Source of the DNA: Parasitella parasitica NRRL 2501 | Taxonomy: Eukaryota; Fungi; Mucoromycota | Assembly (NCBI GenBank): GCA_025201805.1 | Contig: MU619317.1 | Span: 89,258-153,257 of the forward strand | DNA length: 64,000 nt | Direction: 5' to 3' | Part shown: one piece after another, positions 50,591 to 64,000 of the stretch | How positions within the stretch are numbered: position 1 is the stretch's first letter | Layout: the number at the start of each line of letters is the position of its first letter | The notes under the pieces: generated by a model | The model's input: only the letters and a program-made list of their open reading frames with translations | What the model was told of the DNA's origin: nothing | Databases searched by the model: none | Translations under genes and position numbers: made by a program

Positions 50591-52102
50591 GTAATTTGGG
50601 CTGTCCCAGGTCTTTGCAGATGATTACAAAAGATTTTTGTATACGTTAAAATATAAAAAAAGTAATAAAGACTACCTTTACCAGATAAAAACTACTGATT
50701 TTTATTGATTGATAAGAGGCCATCTATTTATATTAGGATAAATTTGCATAAATCAATCTACGGATACAAGACTATAACACAGTAGTAGTCAGACCAAGAT
50801 CTATCTCCATATTTAATCAGCTAATCATTATGAATGTAAATTATTCATCGATAATGTAAAATGCATTCACTATAATGTATGGTCACCATTCCATGAGATG
50901 ATAAAACATGAGTTACTACTGAAAATGGAATAGTAACTGTCTTTGTACTCAATTAATGTTAGGGTATTCAATGTGTTAGGCAGTCTTTTACCGAGGTATA
51001 ATATTCTTCGGTGATAAATTGATTAATAGTTAATTTGAATCCATAAATTCAAGAAAAGTAAAGATATTTACATCTTTTCCACCTTAGATCCTTTCCATGC
51101 ACACTTAATAATGATCCACACTTTGGAGCCATATTGGTCATTAGTCGTGTGTTTGTCGTTTTCAGGACAGAAACTGTACTGTTAAATAAAGCTAGCTTTG
51201 CACGGTTTACTACCCATTGTGATGAGTGTTTGGTGCATTAATATTTTTTCTTTATTCAGACATATATTTTAACACTGTATCGAATTGTTAAATTTTCCTC
51301 GCTCAAAGAGATCACCTTTTCAAACCTGGTGAATGTCAAGTTCGCCACTATATTGATCTTTTTTTTTTGTTTTTTTTTCTTTTCTACATCATATATGGTC
51401 AGGAAAGCGGATATGACACATTGTCAATGTTCTCATGCTGCAGAAGCCTTTGTTTATGTGAAGGTAAGAGATAAAATAAACTGTTTTATTTTGTCGACTC
51501 CATAGTCTTAAATCAGAGGGAAACTTTTTCAACTCTACCAAGTGGGTCGATAGTCTAGCCGCACTTATATGACATCTCTACATACGCCAAATTTTCGCTC
51601 AGTTACTTTGTTTATAACAAGCTCAAGATATATAATAACACTTATTTTACCAAGCCTAACATTGTATTCGCAAATTGAAGCTAGTAAGCTTAACCATCAT
51701 TAGTTTCGTAGGTAAAAATATCCTAAACAGATGTAATTATGGACAACCACTGCATATAAATTTTTAATACTGAAAATCGACTTTATCTTTAAATAATATG
51801 TTACATATGTTACTTGTAATCACATCATCAGTTCCATCTTCAACTGAAAAATCTTTGCAAAAATCATAGTAAACATCACAAGTTCTATTATTTAGAAATG
51901 AAAATCTCCTTGGGTGGTGATAATAGGGGGAGGGGGGTGAGCACAATTTTGTTATAAGGTTGCTGACTTGACCCGAAACAAACTTTTATGCTCGCAAAAT
52001 AAGCCTTGCCTCTTGCCGTCGCAACTTAAAAAAGATGCGTTCGTTGTTAACATTTCTTTCCTCAACTTTTACTCTTGATAGCAACAACAGCAACATCATC
52101 AT

Positions 52103-52743
52103 ATGAACTCTGGTTTATCAGATTCTCGAAAAACCGAGCACAAAAAGTCCTGGAAATGGTGGCAAAACAGTGCGAATTCTACAGCGAAACCTCCGGCTAA
52201 TGTGATCTGCTCTGAGGAGCTTGAGGGCGATCAGATTGGAAACTGTGGGCTGGATTACTCCTCTTCCATTGCACAATCATCCTTGTTAGTGCATCATTCG
52301 ATCCATTCAAAAGAATCAGAAGATATTGCATCCACAGCATCAATTAAAAGCAAACCCTGGGCTTCAAAGACTCTAAAGCAGGCAGCAGTAGCCAGCCAAG
52401 ATGATAATGAAGATGAAGACGATCAAAGCACACTGGGAACAACTCAATCACTAAACAAAATCAAAACGAATTGTACAAATGTAAAGAGCAGGGACAGAGA
52501 AACGCCATCCCCTTCTCCAATTAACACAGTGCCTTCCATTACTTCATCGACTATCCCCGTGCTTGATTACAATCCTGGAGCGCAACAGTCTCGTCGTAAA
52601 AGTATGGAAACAGCAGCGTTATTCTCCGGCATAAAGGTAAGTTTTTCTATTTCATAGATGCTGTCATTATTATATTCATTGCAGTATGTGTATAGGCTAA
52701 GCTTGGGAAATGGGTTTATCGAAGTGATAATACAAAAGATTAA
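52103..52743 (+). CDS. Uncharacterised Ser/Thr-rich, probably disordered protein, 2 exons
   Basis: A 184-aa ORF with a gtaagt donor after ALFSGIK and a tatag acceptor at 52695 gives AKLGKWVYRSDNTKD*. Confidence 0.6.
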
Positions 52744-53367
52744 CAATCTCTTCCTTTCGATCTTCTATCACTCTTTTTTTGAGATTGTTTCTTTTTGTAT
52801 TCCTTGCGATTTCTATCCTGTAATTTTTTCCTAATTTTCAGTTAAAACTTTTGCTCAACTCGAATGCTAATTGTACCTACAATTGTTCTACCCTTAATAA
52901 AGTTGCTTGATCTGGTTCTTTTGCAACTGCTACAGATTCTCTTATAATGCCGGTTAATTTCTCATAACAGTCTTGTATGTTTTTGGCCTGGGACCTTGAC
53001 CTGTCAGATGTGATGATAAGTTCGTTCTCTTTACTCTTTCTCAATTGAGTTGAGTTTTTCAGATTTTTAATAGCGTAATCAGGAAGCCACGTATTGGCTT
53101 TCGATAACGATAACCGCATGTCTACCTTAGTACTCACTATTATCTGTCATTTACTGAGTTCCTCCCGAGTATGCTGTAATTTTTTTTTGCCAAACCTTTA
53201 TTCACATTTTGTCCTCCAGGACCACTGCTTCTACTGAAACTGATGGATATATTATCTTTTGGAATATGGGACTGGTTGAATGATTGTTGCCAGGAAGTTG
53301 CTTCTTTAAATGTCCAGGTCTTTGCCGTATAGAATCTCTTTGCCAAGTGTTTGTAAGAGTTTATCAT
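52740..53367 (-). CDS. ICT1: Mitochondrial peptidyl-tRNA hydrolase ICT1/Pth4 (ArfB-like), 3 exons
   Basis: FSRSSGPGGQNVNK|VSTKVDMR, TSDRSRSQAKNIQDC and a basic tail KKLQDRNRKEYKKKQSQKKSDRRSKGRDC*. Confidence 0.92.
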
Positions 53368-53457
53368 TTTTAGTAAAAAAAAAAAATTTGAATGGTGCAG
53401 AAAATTTCGTGCCCATTCTATTCTGTCCGGCCTGTTGAGTCACCTCCCCCCCCCCCA

Positions 53458-53487
53458 GCCAAAGGCCAAAGGCCAAAGGCCAAAGGC
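53458..53487. repeat. (GCCAAAG)4 heptamer repeat upstream of ICT1
   Basis: Four perfect copies following a poly-C run. Confidence 0.9.
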
Positions 53488-53865
53488 ATCATCCAATTGA
53501 TGTCAAGACGCCACATTGTATCTATTTATCACAATCAAGAGTTCTTTTAACGATTCGCAGACATCATGTTGGAAAGTCTAAATGATTTGATCAAAACTAC
53601 AATCTCGAATTTTTGCTTTATTTTTCAGCGACCAAGACTGATTAAAGTAGTATTAAATGGCAACCGCATCATGTCGATATTTGGCCTTGATTCATGTTAC
53701 TCAAAAGTGCCACAATTACCTAAAGTTTGAACACAAGATCGACAATCAAATTAACAGATATCCAGCGCACTAACAACATGCAATCAAATCCTTCAATTTT
53801 TGTTCTTCTTTATTAAATGGGGGAGGGGGGGGGGGAGGGTTTAGACAAAAAAAAAGATCAAGAAA

Positions 53866-55898
<2,033 letters not shown>

Positions 55899-57346
55899 TT
55901 ATATATGTTAAAGTGTCAAACCCAAAACTATGAGATTAGACAATTAGATGAAGAAAACGGCGAATAAACGTCGAAAAGAAGAGGGAAAAGAAGAGAGAAA
56001 GAGAAAGAGAAAGAGAAAGAACAAGAACTCACAACAAGACGAAAAAAATTTGCTTTTTGCGCCTGTTCCGGTACATATTTACCTCGAGGAGAGGACTCTC
56101 CAGAGAACAGGCTTTCCCTATATGAAAAAATTTTCGGTCGGATTTTCAAGATTACATCAAAGAGCTTCTCTGCAAAACAACAACAAAATGGATACCAAAG
56201 GAAAAAAGGTCACCATACACAACAAGCCATGTTGTATCGTTAGGATGAATGCAACTGATTTGAATAGATTGCATGTATTGATTTCAGAGAGAAGGACCAT
56301 GTGGATCAGATGCAACAGTTGGTGAGTCGATTTCCAAAAGATGAAATCATTCCAAGAAAAAAAAAATAGGTCAATTGGCAGCAGATGCAATCTTATGAAT
56401 TAATAGCGATCATTGTTTGCAAATCAGTGTTTGAAACACGTTGCAATTATATAACATCTGCTTAAATTCATCATAAAACAAGATCAGCTACGGTATAACG
56501 ATATCAAATTTCTGGAAAGGGGACAACAGTTATTACTGGATAGAAATATTCCTTTTCTGGATGATCCGAGTATTGTTGATGATCTCAATATGCTAGACCA
56601 CGAACCAAGCAGCTTTAGACATCTAGCATCGTCTCATCAGGCTTTTCTATTGCATACAAGATGTTATGTGCAAATAAACCTTGATTTGTAAATCTTTACA
56701 TTTGGTCGGCTGGGAGATTTCAAGGGAACAAAAACTATCGTGAATTGCGATTTCGTCAAACCTGCCGACCACAGCCATGATGCTAATCGTGAGCATGACT
56801 CTCTGCATACTACCATTTTGAAAAGGTTGATACCATTTTATCATTTTGAATCTGCTCTTGCATTTCAGGCTTATATCAGACATGACTGATCTCGTGAAAA
56901 AACAAGTGATTAGACATATACCTCGATTTTGTGAAATTATGATGCAATCTCGAAATAATGATTATCGGTGTTATATATCATGTGAATAACTCATAGTGTA
57001 TGTGCTTCAAATATCTATCATCCTTATTTTCCAGAAGGTTTACTTCTCTCATGAAAATTGAACCAGACACAACTATGACTACGGTTCTAGACTCTGTTCA
57101 TTAAAACTGATATTTAGTAATAAAATAAAGCATATTGTAACACTATTAGTTCAATGATAATACAAGGGAAATTCAAAGTTGCAGTAATTTATGGCAAATA
57201 CTTGTTCAATGAAAAGATCACTGTATGTAAATATTTGTTGCCACATAAATATCATATCATAAAATATATGTATACATATATACATATATACATGTAAATA
57301 TATATATATAAAGTGGGGTTTTCATGTTTACGATGCTTTAAACATG

Positions 57347-58385
57347 TTAGTGACCTTTGTATATAGGCTTTCTCTTTTCTTTGAACGCTTGAAGGCCCTC
57401 CAATCTATCCTGTGTCGGAATAACTTGAGCATAGTATGATTGCTCAACCTCCAAGCCTGAATCCCTTTGTCCGGCAAATATGTTAGTGGTTGATTGAACA
57501 GGTTCAAGAAATACTTACATGTCTAAATGTGCACCTCTATCGATAGCTAGCTTGGCCATGCGAATAGCAACGGGACCTTGAGGTAAAATTGACCTAGCAA
57601 TTTCCAGAGATTTCTCAGTAGCACTATCCTCAGCAGCATGGTTGACAACGCCATATTCTTTGGCTTTCTGAGCGTTCAAAATCTCACCGGTGAAAATCAG
57701 TTCTTTGGCTTTGGGGACACCTATAAGTCTGGGTAATCGCTGGGTTCCCCCAGCGCTACAGACAATATATCAGCTTCTCTTTCTGTGTATGGTTGTATGC
57801 AGCCTCTCTCTCTCTCTCTTATACCTACCCTGGGATAATAGCCAATTTCGTCTCGGTCAACCCCATTTTTGCGGCTGGCCCTGAGAATAAATGAGTATCA
57901 GATCAGTGAGACTATCAGAGTAACTTACCAGCTACACGAATATCACAGGACAGAGCCATTTCCAATCCGCCTCCAAAAGCAGGACCATCAATTGCAGCAA
58001 TAGTGGGGATGGGGAGCGTCTCCAGTTCTCGGTAAGCTTTTCTCAAAGTATACAAAAACTGGGTGACTTGAGACGGGTTCATGGAAGCACGCTCCTTTAA
58101 ATCAGCACCAGAGCAAAATGCGCCAGGTACAGCACTTTGAATGATCAGCACACGCGACTCTGCAGAGAACCTGACGTCTGCCAACGCCTGTCTGAATTCA
58201 GACAGCAAGTTTACGGACAGAGCATTTCTGGATGCTGGACGATTTAGCTTTAGAATGGAGATGCCACCTTCGATGTGCTCCAAGTAGGCTTCTTTGGAGG
58301 CGCTGGTGGAGATAGATCTGAAGGCAAGAGATTCCCTTGGGCCAACGGTTGAGATTGAGATTATACGACGTATAGCGATAGACAT
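57347..58385 (-). CDS. AUH: Methylglutaconyl-CoA hydratase (AUH-type crotonase), mitochondrial, 4 exons
   Basis: [41 protein letters not shown]|[12 protein letters not shown] and [27 protein letters not shown]. Confidence 0.92.
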
Positions 58386-58468
58386 GTTGCAATTTTGAAA
58401 AGTTCAGCGTACAGGAAACAAAGCAATGATAAATGCACCCGTGAGAAAAATGGAGTTTTTATTTTTAT

Positions 58469-59956
58469 TTAAACCTCATTTTTATCGTTCTTTTCGATTT
58501 CGGGTATTTGCATACCACCAGCTGCTGCTCGAGCAATGACTTTTTCAGCCCACTTGACGACAGGCATGTCAATCATTTTGCCATTTAAGCTGAATGCGCC
58601 AATGCCTTTTTGCGAATTAGTGTGAAACCCGTCAACAATGCGCACTGCTCTCTCCAGGTCTGCAGGATCTGGTAAAAATGTTTTCTGAATGATATCAATC
58701 TGGTCAGGATGAATGGCCTGTTTTCCTGCAAATCCAAACTCGCGGCCCTCTTTACACTCTTGCGCCAGTGTGTCCTGGTCCAGATAATCCACACAAACCA
58801 GGTCAATTGCTTGTAGCCCATAGGCAGCAGCTGCATTCACTATCAATTGTCGGGCAAACAGCATTTCTTCTCTCGTCTTGGTTCTTATTAACCCCAAATC
58901 TGCACAATAATCTTCTGCAGCAAACTATGTTTGTCATAAGCCTTGTTGTCCCTAAGCAAAATGCAAAAACTTACTATTAATGCGTCTAATCGAGGGTCTG
59001 CTGTGACAATTTCTTTGATATTCATCATTCCTAGAGCACTTTCAATCGATGCCATCAATCGAATGCGATCACGTCTACCAGAGCAATTAGAAAAAAAAAT
59101 CCCCCCCTTTCAAATGCGACAAAGCTTACTGTGACTCCACTGCTACAGAATCAATCATCCTACTGACGAATTGTATGTCTTTAGCACTTTGAACTTTGGG
59201 AATTACGATGGCTTGCAGTCTTTTTGAATGAAGCTAGCGAATTTAGTGATTAAACATGACATCATCTGCCCGCACAATGTTTCTAGTATTTACAATCACA
59301 TTGAGGTCATCCAGTTCATGTCCTAAAGACATGAAAAAAAAAAAAAAAGAGTAAATATTCTCGTCGACCGTCTATACTGAAGATGCTTACCTGATCCAAC
59401 TGCGTTTATTCTCACTGCTTTTTCTGCTTTTCCGTGTTCTGATGCCTTTCGAAATCAGTTAATGCCATGGCACAATCCCTTTTAAAACAACATACCTCCA
59501 AGGCATCTATCACCATATGCCTAGCTGTTCCTTTTTTACTTGATGAAACGCTGTCCTCGAGATCATAAACAACACAATCTGCCCCGACAGATATAGATTT
59601 GTGGATTTTTCTCTCGTCGCTGCCCGGAACTATAATAACATGAGTTTTCAGTTTCTCTCTTTCACACATTGAAGAGCTTCTGTCTTTCTTACCATAAAAC
59701 AAGGCTCTTCTTGATCTGACTGTGTTTTTTTTCTCTGTTACTGCTGTACTATAGACGCGCCATAAAGAACCTGCTTTACCATTCATGCCTCCTAGCCGAG
59801 TTCCTGCAAAAACACACAAATACAAATTTAATATCCGCCTATCAACACATCAAAGTGATGTCTTGTTGCATTTTGGCATTAGAAATATACTTTACCGCTG
59901 ATAGAACTTGATGGGATCTTTGATGTGATGCTAATTAGGCCAGTAATGCGGAACAT
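58469..59956 (-). CDS. CLYBL: Citrate lyase beta-like / citramalyl-CoA lyase (CitE/CLYBL family), mitochondrial, about 7 exons
   Basis: RRALFY|VPGSDERKI, YDLEDSV, AVRINAVGSG, IVIPKV, SIESALG, FAAEDY, QAIDLV, GFAGKQAIHPDQI and GKMIDMP. Confidence 0.92.
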
Positions 59957-60248
59957 GTTTTTTTCGTTGGCTCAAATGCGAGTATTGTAAATAAAAAGCA
60001 AAAGAAAGAAAGCGAGTAGAAAAGAACTGTCTTGCTGAAAAAATATTTTTATAAACGCTCCGTGACCCCTGTTTGAGCGTCTCAACTGGATAGAATCCTA
60101 CAATTTATGCCGCACATACAGCATCGAAATGAACAGATCAAGCTTGCACAGTAAAGCAAAGGTCTCATATGATGGAATCAGTGAGCGCATTTAATATATT
60201 ACGTATGCATATACCAAAAATTCATTGATTGCAAGGAATTGAATAGCG

Positions 60249-60314
<66 letters not shown>
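60249..60314 (+). repeat. Poly(A) run of 66 nt
   Basis: Homopolymer. Confidence 0.9.
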
Positions 60315-60321
<7 letters not shown>

Positions 60322-60981
60322 TCATAAAAATTTCCAACTATACATTCATCATAAAGTATCTCAGAAGGATCATGTTGACCGCAATGGGTCTAGATTTATT
60401 GAAGGTTTTATGACACATCATTTCATTGCCAACTTACTGCATTTTTGAGTGCAATGTCTTGAAAAGATGGACAAATGGGGCGAGTCAGAGTAAGGAGCAT
60501 TCGAAAAGGAAGAAAGTGTGGAAAATAACGACGATCATAACAGGGCTGTAGGGCCATCTATTGATTGCATCAGAGGAGGAGAGAAACTAAAGAAAAACGC
60601 AGCCTTTTTTACTTTGCCTCGTGCATCTATGAGTTCTCTTTAATTTGTCTTATAAGCTTTAAACGATAACGACAATTAGCTTTTATCCAGGTCAGGAGGC
60701 AGCCAATGGAAACAGCTGATCAAGGTACACAATGCTGAATCCTTCAAAATTATCAGGCCACTCGACATCAAATCGTTCGATAATCTCTATTTATCTATTC
60801 AAGACACTCATATATTTGTTAAAATAAAACTAGTAATACGATTTGATCAGGAGCTAACAACTGCATTTTTATGGTATGATTTTTTTTTTTCTAATTCTTT
60901 AGATATAAATACGACTATTCAGTTTTCTAACTCTTGGCTTGATCCATATCCTTTCGTATTCAAATTACATATACAACAGCA

Positions 60982-61227
60982 ATGACCGCCTTATCAAATT
61001 TTCTAAAAGCCTCCAAGAAGCCTGAAGTCTATCCAATTATCGGTATTCTCGGCGTTGCTCTCTCTGGTGCTGTATTCTTTAGTGCTCGTGCTATCAGAGC
61101 TCCTGATGTTGCCTGGAATCACAAGTCTAATCCTCATCCTTGGCAAGAAATCAAGGATGGTGAGCAAGTCAAGTTGATCGCATTAAACCAAAAATACGAT
61201 CATCGTTGGGAGCGCAAGCAATGGTAA
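60982..61227 (+). CDS. NDUFA4: NDUFA4/MLRQ (B12D-like) cytochrome c oxidase accessory subunit
   Basis: PEVYPIIGILGVALSGAVFF (single TM) and PDVAWNHKSNPHPWQ. TATAAA at about 60905. Confidence 0.85.
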   Translation: MTALSNFLKASKKPEVYPIIGILGVALSGAVFFSARAIRAPDVAWNHKSNPHPWQEIKDGEQVKLIALNQKYDHRWERKQW

Positions 61228-61619
61228 ACAACTGGCTTTTCAACAACCAACAAAATACGTCTCATCTCTACTCTTTTCTCCAACACATGCTTTCTGCCAC
61301 TCGACTCATAATTTAAATTTTAAACATCTTCACATATTACGCTCCTACTGTTCATACCTTTGAAAAAGTGGAAAACTCCACTTTTTGTATTCTACTGTAC
61401 TTTTTACAATTTTCTCGCCTTGAAAAATTAGAAATAAATCATGACATTCATAATTCTATAGTACGTGTAAATTTTTTCCTACAATCGGCATTAATATCAA
61501 GCCTGAAGTTGATGATTTGAAAATTCAATCGTGGATTAAAACGAAAATACGTATATACAAGCGTAAAAAGATATATGAAGGATTCAGAGAGTTGATTTAG
61601 CTTTTTTTTTTTAGTCGCG

Positions 61620-62420
61620 TACATTGGTGACGTTAGATTGGAAGCACTTGAGTGTCCTTCTTCTCCAAAATCTTGTAGCTAGAAGCTCTTGATGAACATC
61701 TGAAACTCGCCTTTAATCCAGTCTTTGGCAGGAATTCCAGTCTATACTCCTGGTAAAAATGGAGTCAACGTATTCCGGAATTCATTCTTGCTAACCAGAG
61801 ACGGATTGTATTTGTATGCGGCATTGAGTTTGCCGTCTCAAATGTTCTTCATCTTTTTGCAATAACCGGCGATTCATGATCAGTCTAATTTACATGCAGA
61901 AATTTTTGTCGATACTCTGTAATGGGAATCATATGAGCCAGTATTGCAAAAGATACCATAATCCAACGTGTACGATGGTCTATTAGGACTCTGCCAGGTC
62001 GTCTTCTTATCATCCCTGAAGCAGTCGAAAAAATGGTGCTGTAATAATGACAATCACTCCATTGTAGTAACGACTATAAATCCATTCACCCTATATGGTT
62101 TATATTTGGAGTTGAAATCACCCATGATGATAGATAGAAGTGAGTGAAATATGTCGAAAACAATATCGCCGTTGAATCTATTGAAGATGGAATGTGCTCT
62201 CAAGGTGGCTTTTACTTGATCAAGTAGATAAGTGGTAAGGAGAACCTCAAACAATTTGGAATAACCCAGTTTAGCGCATTAAAAATGCCACACTTGAAGA
62301 ACAACGGAGCCTGGCCAAGTGTTCCTTGATAAAGACACAATTGCAATTATTCTTAGCGTGTGTAAATGATCTGCCATAATGTAGGTTAGGAGATCATGAT
62401 AGTGTACTTCAATTAAAGAT
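61620..62420 (-). mobile_element. Decayed non-LTR (LINE/L1-like) retrotransposon ORF2 remnant, APE endonuclease region
   Basis: In order on the minus strand: IIMGDFN (~62110-62130), TLDY (~61960-61975), TDH (~61875-61885), YNPSL (~61797-61815) and DWIKGEFQMFIKSF, interrupted by stops and frameshifts. Confidence 0.72.
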
Positions 62421-64000
62421 TGGAGATTGTCCAATGATGTGTTGTTATACTGGTCGAAACAGGGGAATAAAGTCTTTGTTTCAAATCAGGAAGGTTATCT
62501 GTAACACAGATCTGTATGATTGACAAACAATAAGGTACTGTCAGATCAAAGATCAATGACCTTGTAGTATAATAATATATCGTACCCTGTTAAGGATATG
62601 TTGCTTGCAAATTATTCTTATCGATTAGTATCGACTAGTATTTTAAATAAGTCACCAAAAATTTATGTTGTTGTAAAAAGTATAAATAGCAGATGCAAAG
62701 TTGAATCTTTAATAAAGTAATCTCAAGTTTTCGTATCTCGTTATTCAACGTTTTATAATATACTTTTCTTATTTCGATCTTGCAGATCTCAACAGTAAAT
62801 AAAACTGCACTGTGTTCAAACTTACTTACTTTTATAAATAGTTTTCGAATCTATCACTGAAACAATATATATCATCTTGACCGCTAACCAAAATACTTGC
62901 ACAAGATGCCCTAGCAAAAAGCCATCCCCAATTATGTAGTGGGAATTTTGTAGTCTCACTAAGATGGAGATCAAAGCAGTTCTTGGGATACTCCATGGCG
63001 GTGCCAGGAAAAGTGCCTCACAAAGTTCTATTAGCATTTTGGTCCGTTTTTTGCCTTGTAAGCAATCAAGCCACTGTAAACTCAATAAGTGAAAGGTAAA
63101 GAAACCTAATATTGATACCAACAGAAGTTTTACCTTCCTACGTCTCTTTAATGCACAGACCTGTGTTACAGGAATAACCTTTTCGCTTTGAAAAAGAGAC
63201 TTATTCTTCTGTTTACACAAGCCTGTAGCGTCACATCGTTGGACAAAATTCAATCTTCAATTAAAGTAACAGTACATTGCCATTTTCTAAATGGTTTAAT
63301 TTAAAGTGATTTATCAGAATGAGAAATTATTCAAATAAAACGGTTGTGAATTAATCAGGTAAAGATCTCGTTTATTACATGGAAAAAATGATGGTTTATA
63401 TACTAGTGAATCTAAGTGGACTGATGGGAGGATAAGATACAAGTGTGAGACATGGTGTGATTTAGAGAATGGAACGATAGATCGTATCTATTATCCATGA
63501 ACATGTCATGTTGAGTTATAAATAAGGAACATGATCCATTGGGATATGTTCCTGAATTGTGTTCAGGATTGAGTTTACTTGAGTTTGACTTCCGGTTGGG
63601 AAATTGACACATCATAAAGGTTAATATCTTATTCGAACTGAGGCAATTGATATAACGATAAGGTATTAGGAGGTAATAAAATTTAGATAACAAGTCAACA
63701 GTATATTAAGTCTACTGTGAACAGCATACCATTGTTGTGGATATATAATATTATGATCAAGAACGGATTAAGTTTTTCCTTCATATGGCACTATTACTGC
63801 TTAAAAATGATAAACTAGCAAACATTTCAAACTCCTAAACAACTCGGGAAAAAAAGGTCACGTGTTTTTATATTTCAAACTCCGACAGCCAAAGCGCGAA
63901 GGTGTTTTTGCCGATAACTTTTGATAGAGACATCGCCCAGTGGAAATCAAGTTATGCTCAGATAGCGATGATTATGCCTGTTCTTATGGCGCATAAGACA

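Noticed and set aside
62822-63693. 143-aa and 93-aa minus-strand ORFs
   Set aside because: Non-ATG starts and no recognisable domain; probably decayed repeat DNA.

Overview
Gene-dense, AT-rich eukaryotic DNA with many short GT-AG introns (mostly about 50-90 nt). Gene content and style point to a Mucorales-type fungus (inference). I can support about 30 protein-coding genes, most of them multi-exon, so the ORF track shows them in fragments and I joined exons by eye. In order: a PPR protein, a divergent HSPA12/Hsp70-like protein, pyrimidine 5'-nucleotidase, a GT64/EXTL2-like glycosyltransferase, Iml2/TTC39, an Sst2/FlbA RGS protein, chitin synthase, SmgGDS, a secreted His/Asp-repeat protein, Hap2, TFIIS, an unknown membrane protein, an expansin-like protein, an m-AAA protease, an SDR, a membrane-anchored GH9, a paxillin-like LIM protein, a long-chain acyl-CoA synthetase, TFIIF-alpha, RPL26, a tandem-PAS protein, CRIPT, DUF1749, TMEM256, an unknown Ser-rich protein, ICT1, PABP, AUH, CLYBL and NDUFA4. 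The window also holds a decayed LINE endonuclease remnant, a 225-N gap and several microsatellites. I recognised no tRNA, rRNA or CRISPR array. The two best leads are: (1) CLYBL and AUH lie in tandem only 83 nt apart and encode consecutive steps of itaconate/citramalyl-CoA catabolism; (2) a secreted protein joins a small beta-rich domain to a (GGKGDWHKGGDHDDEE)n array whose DNA copies differ only at synonymous sites.
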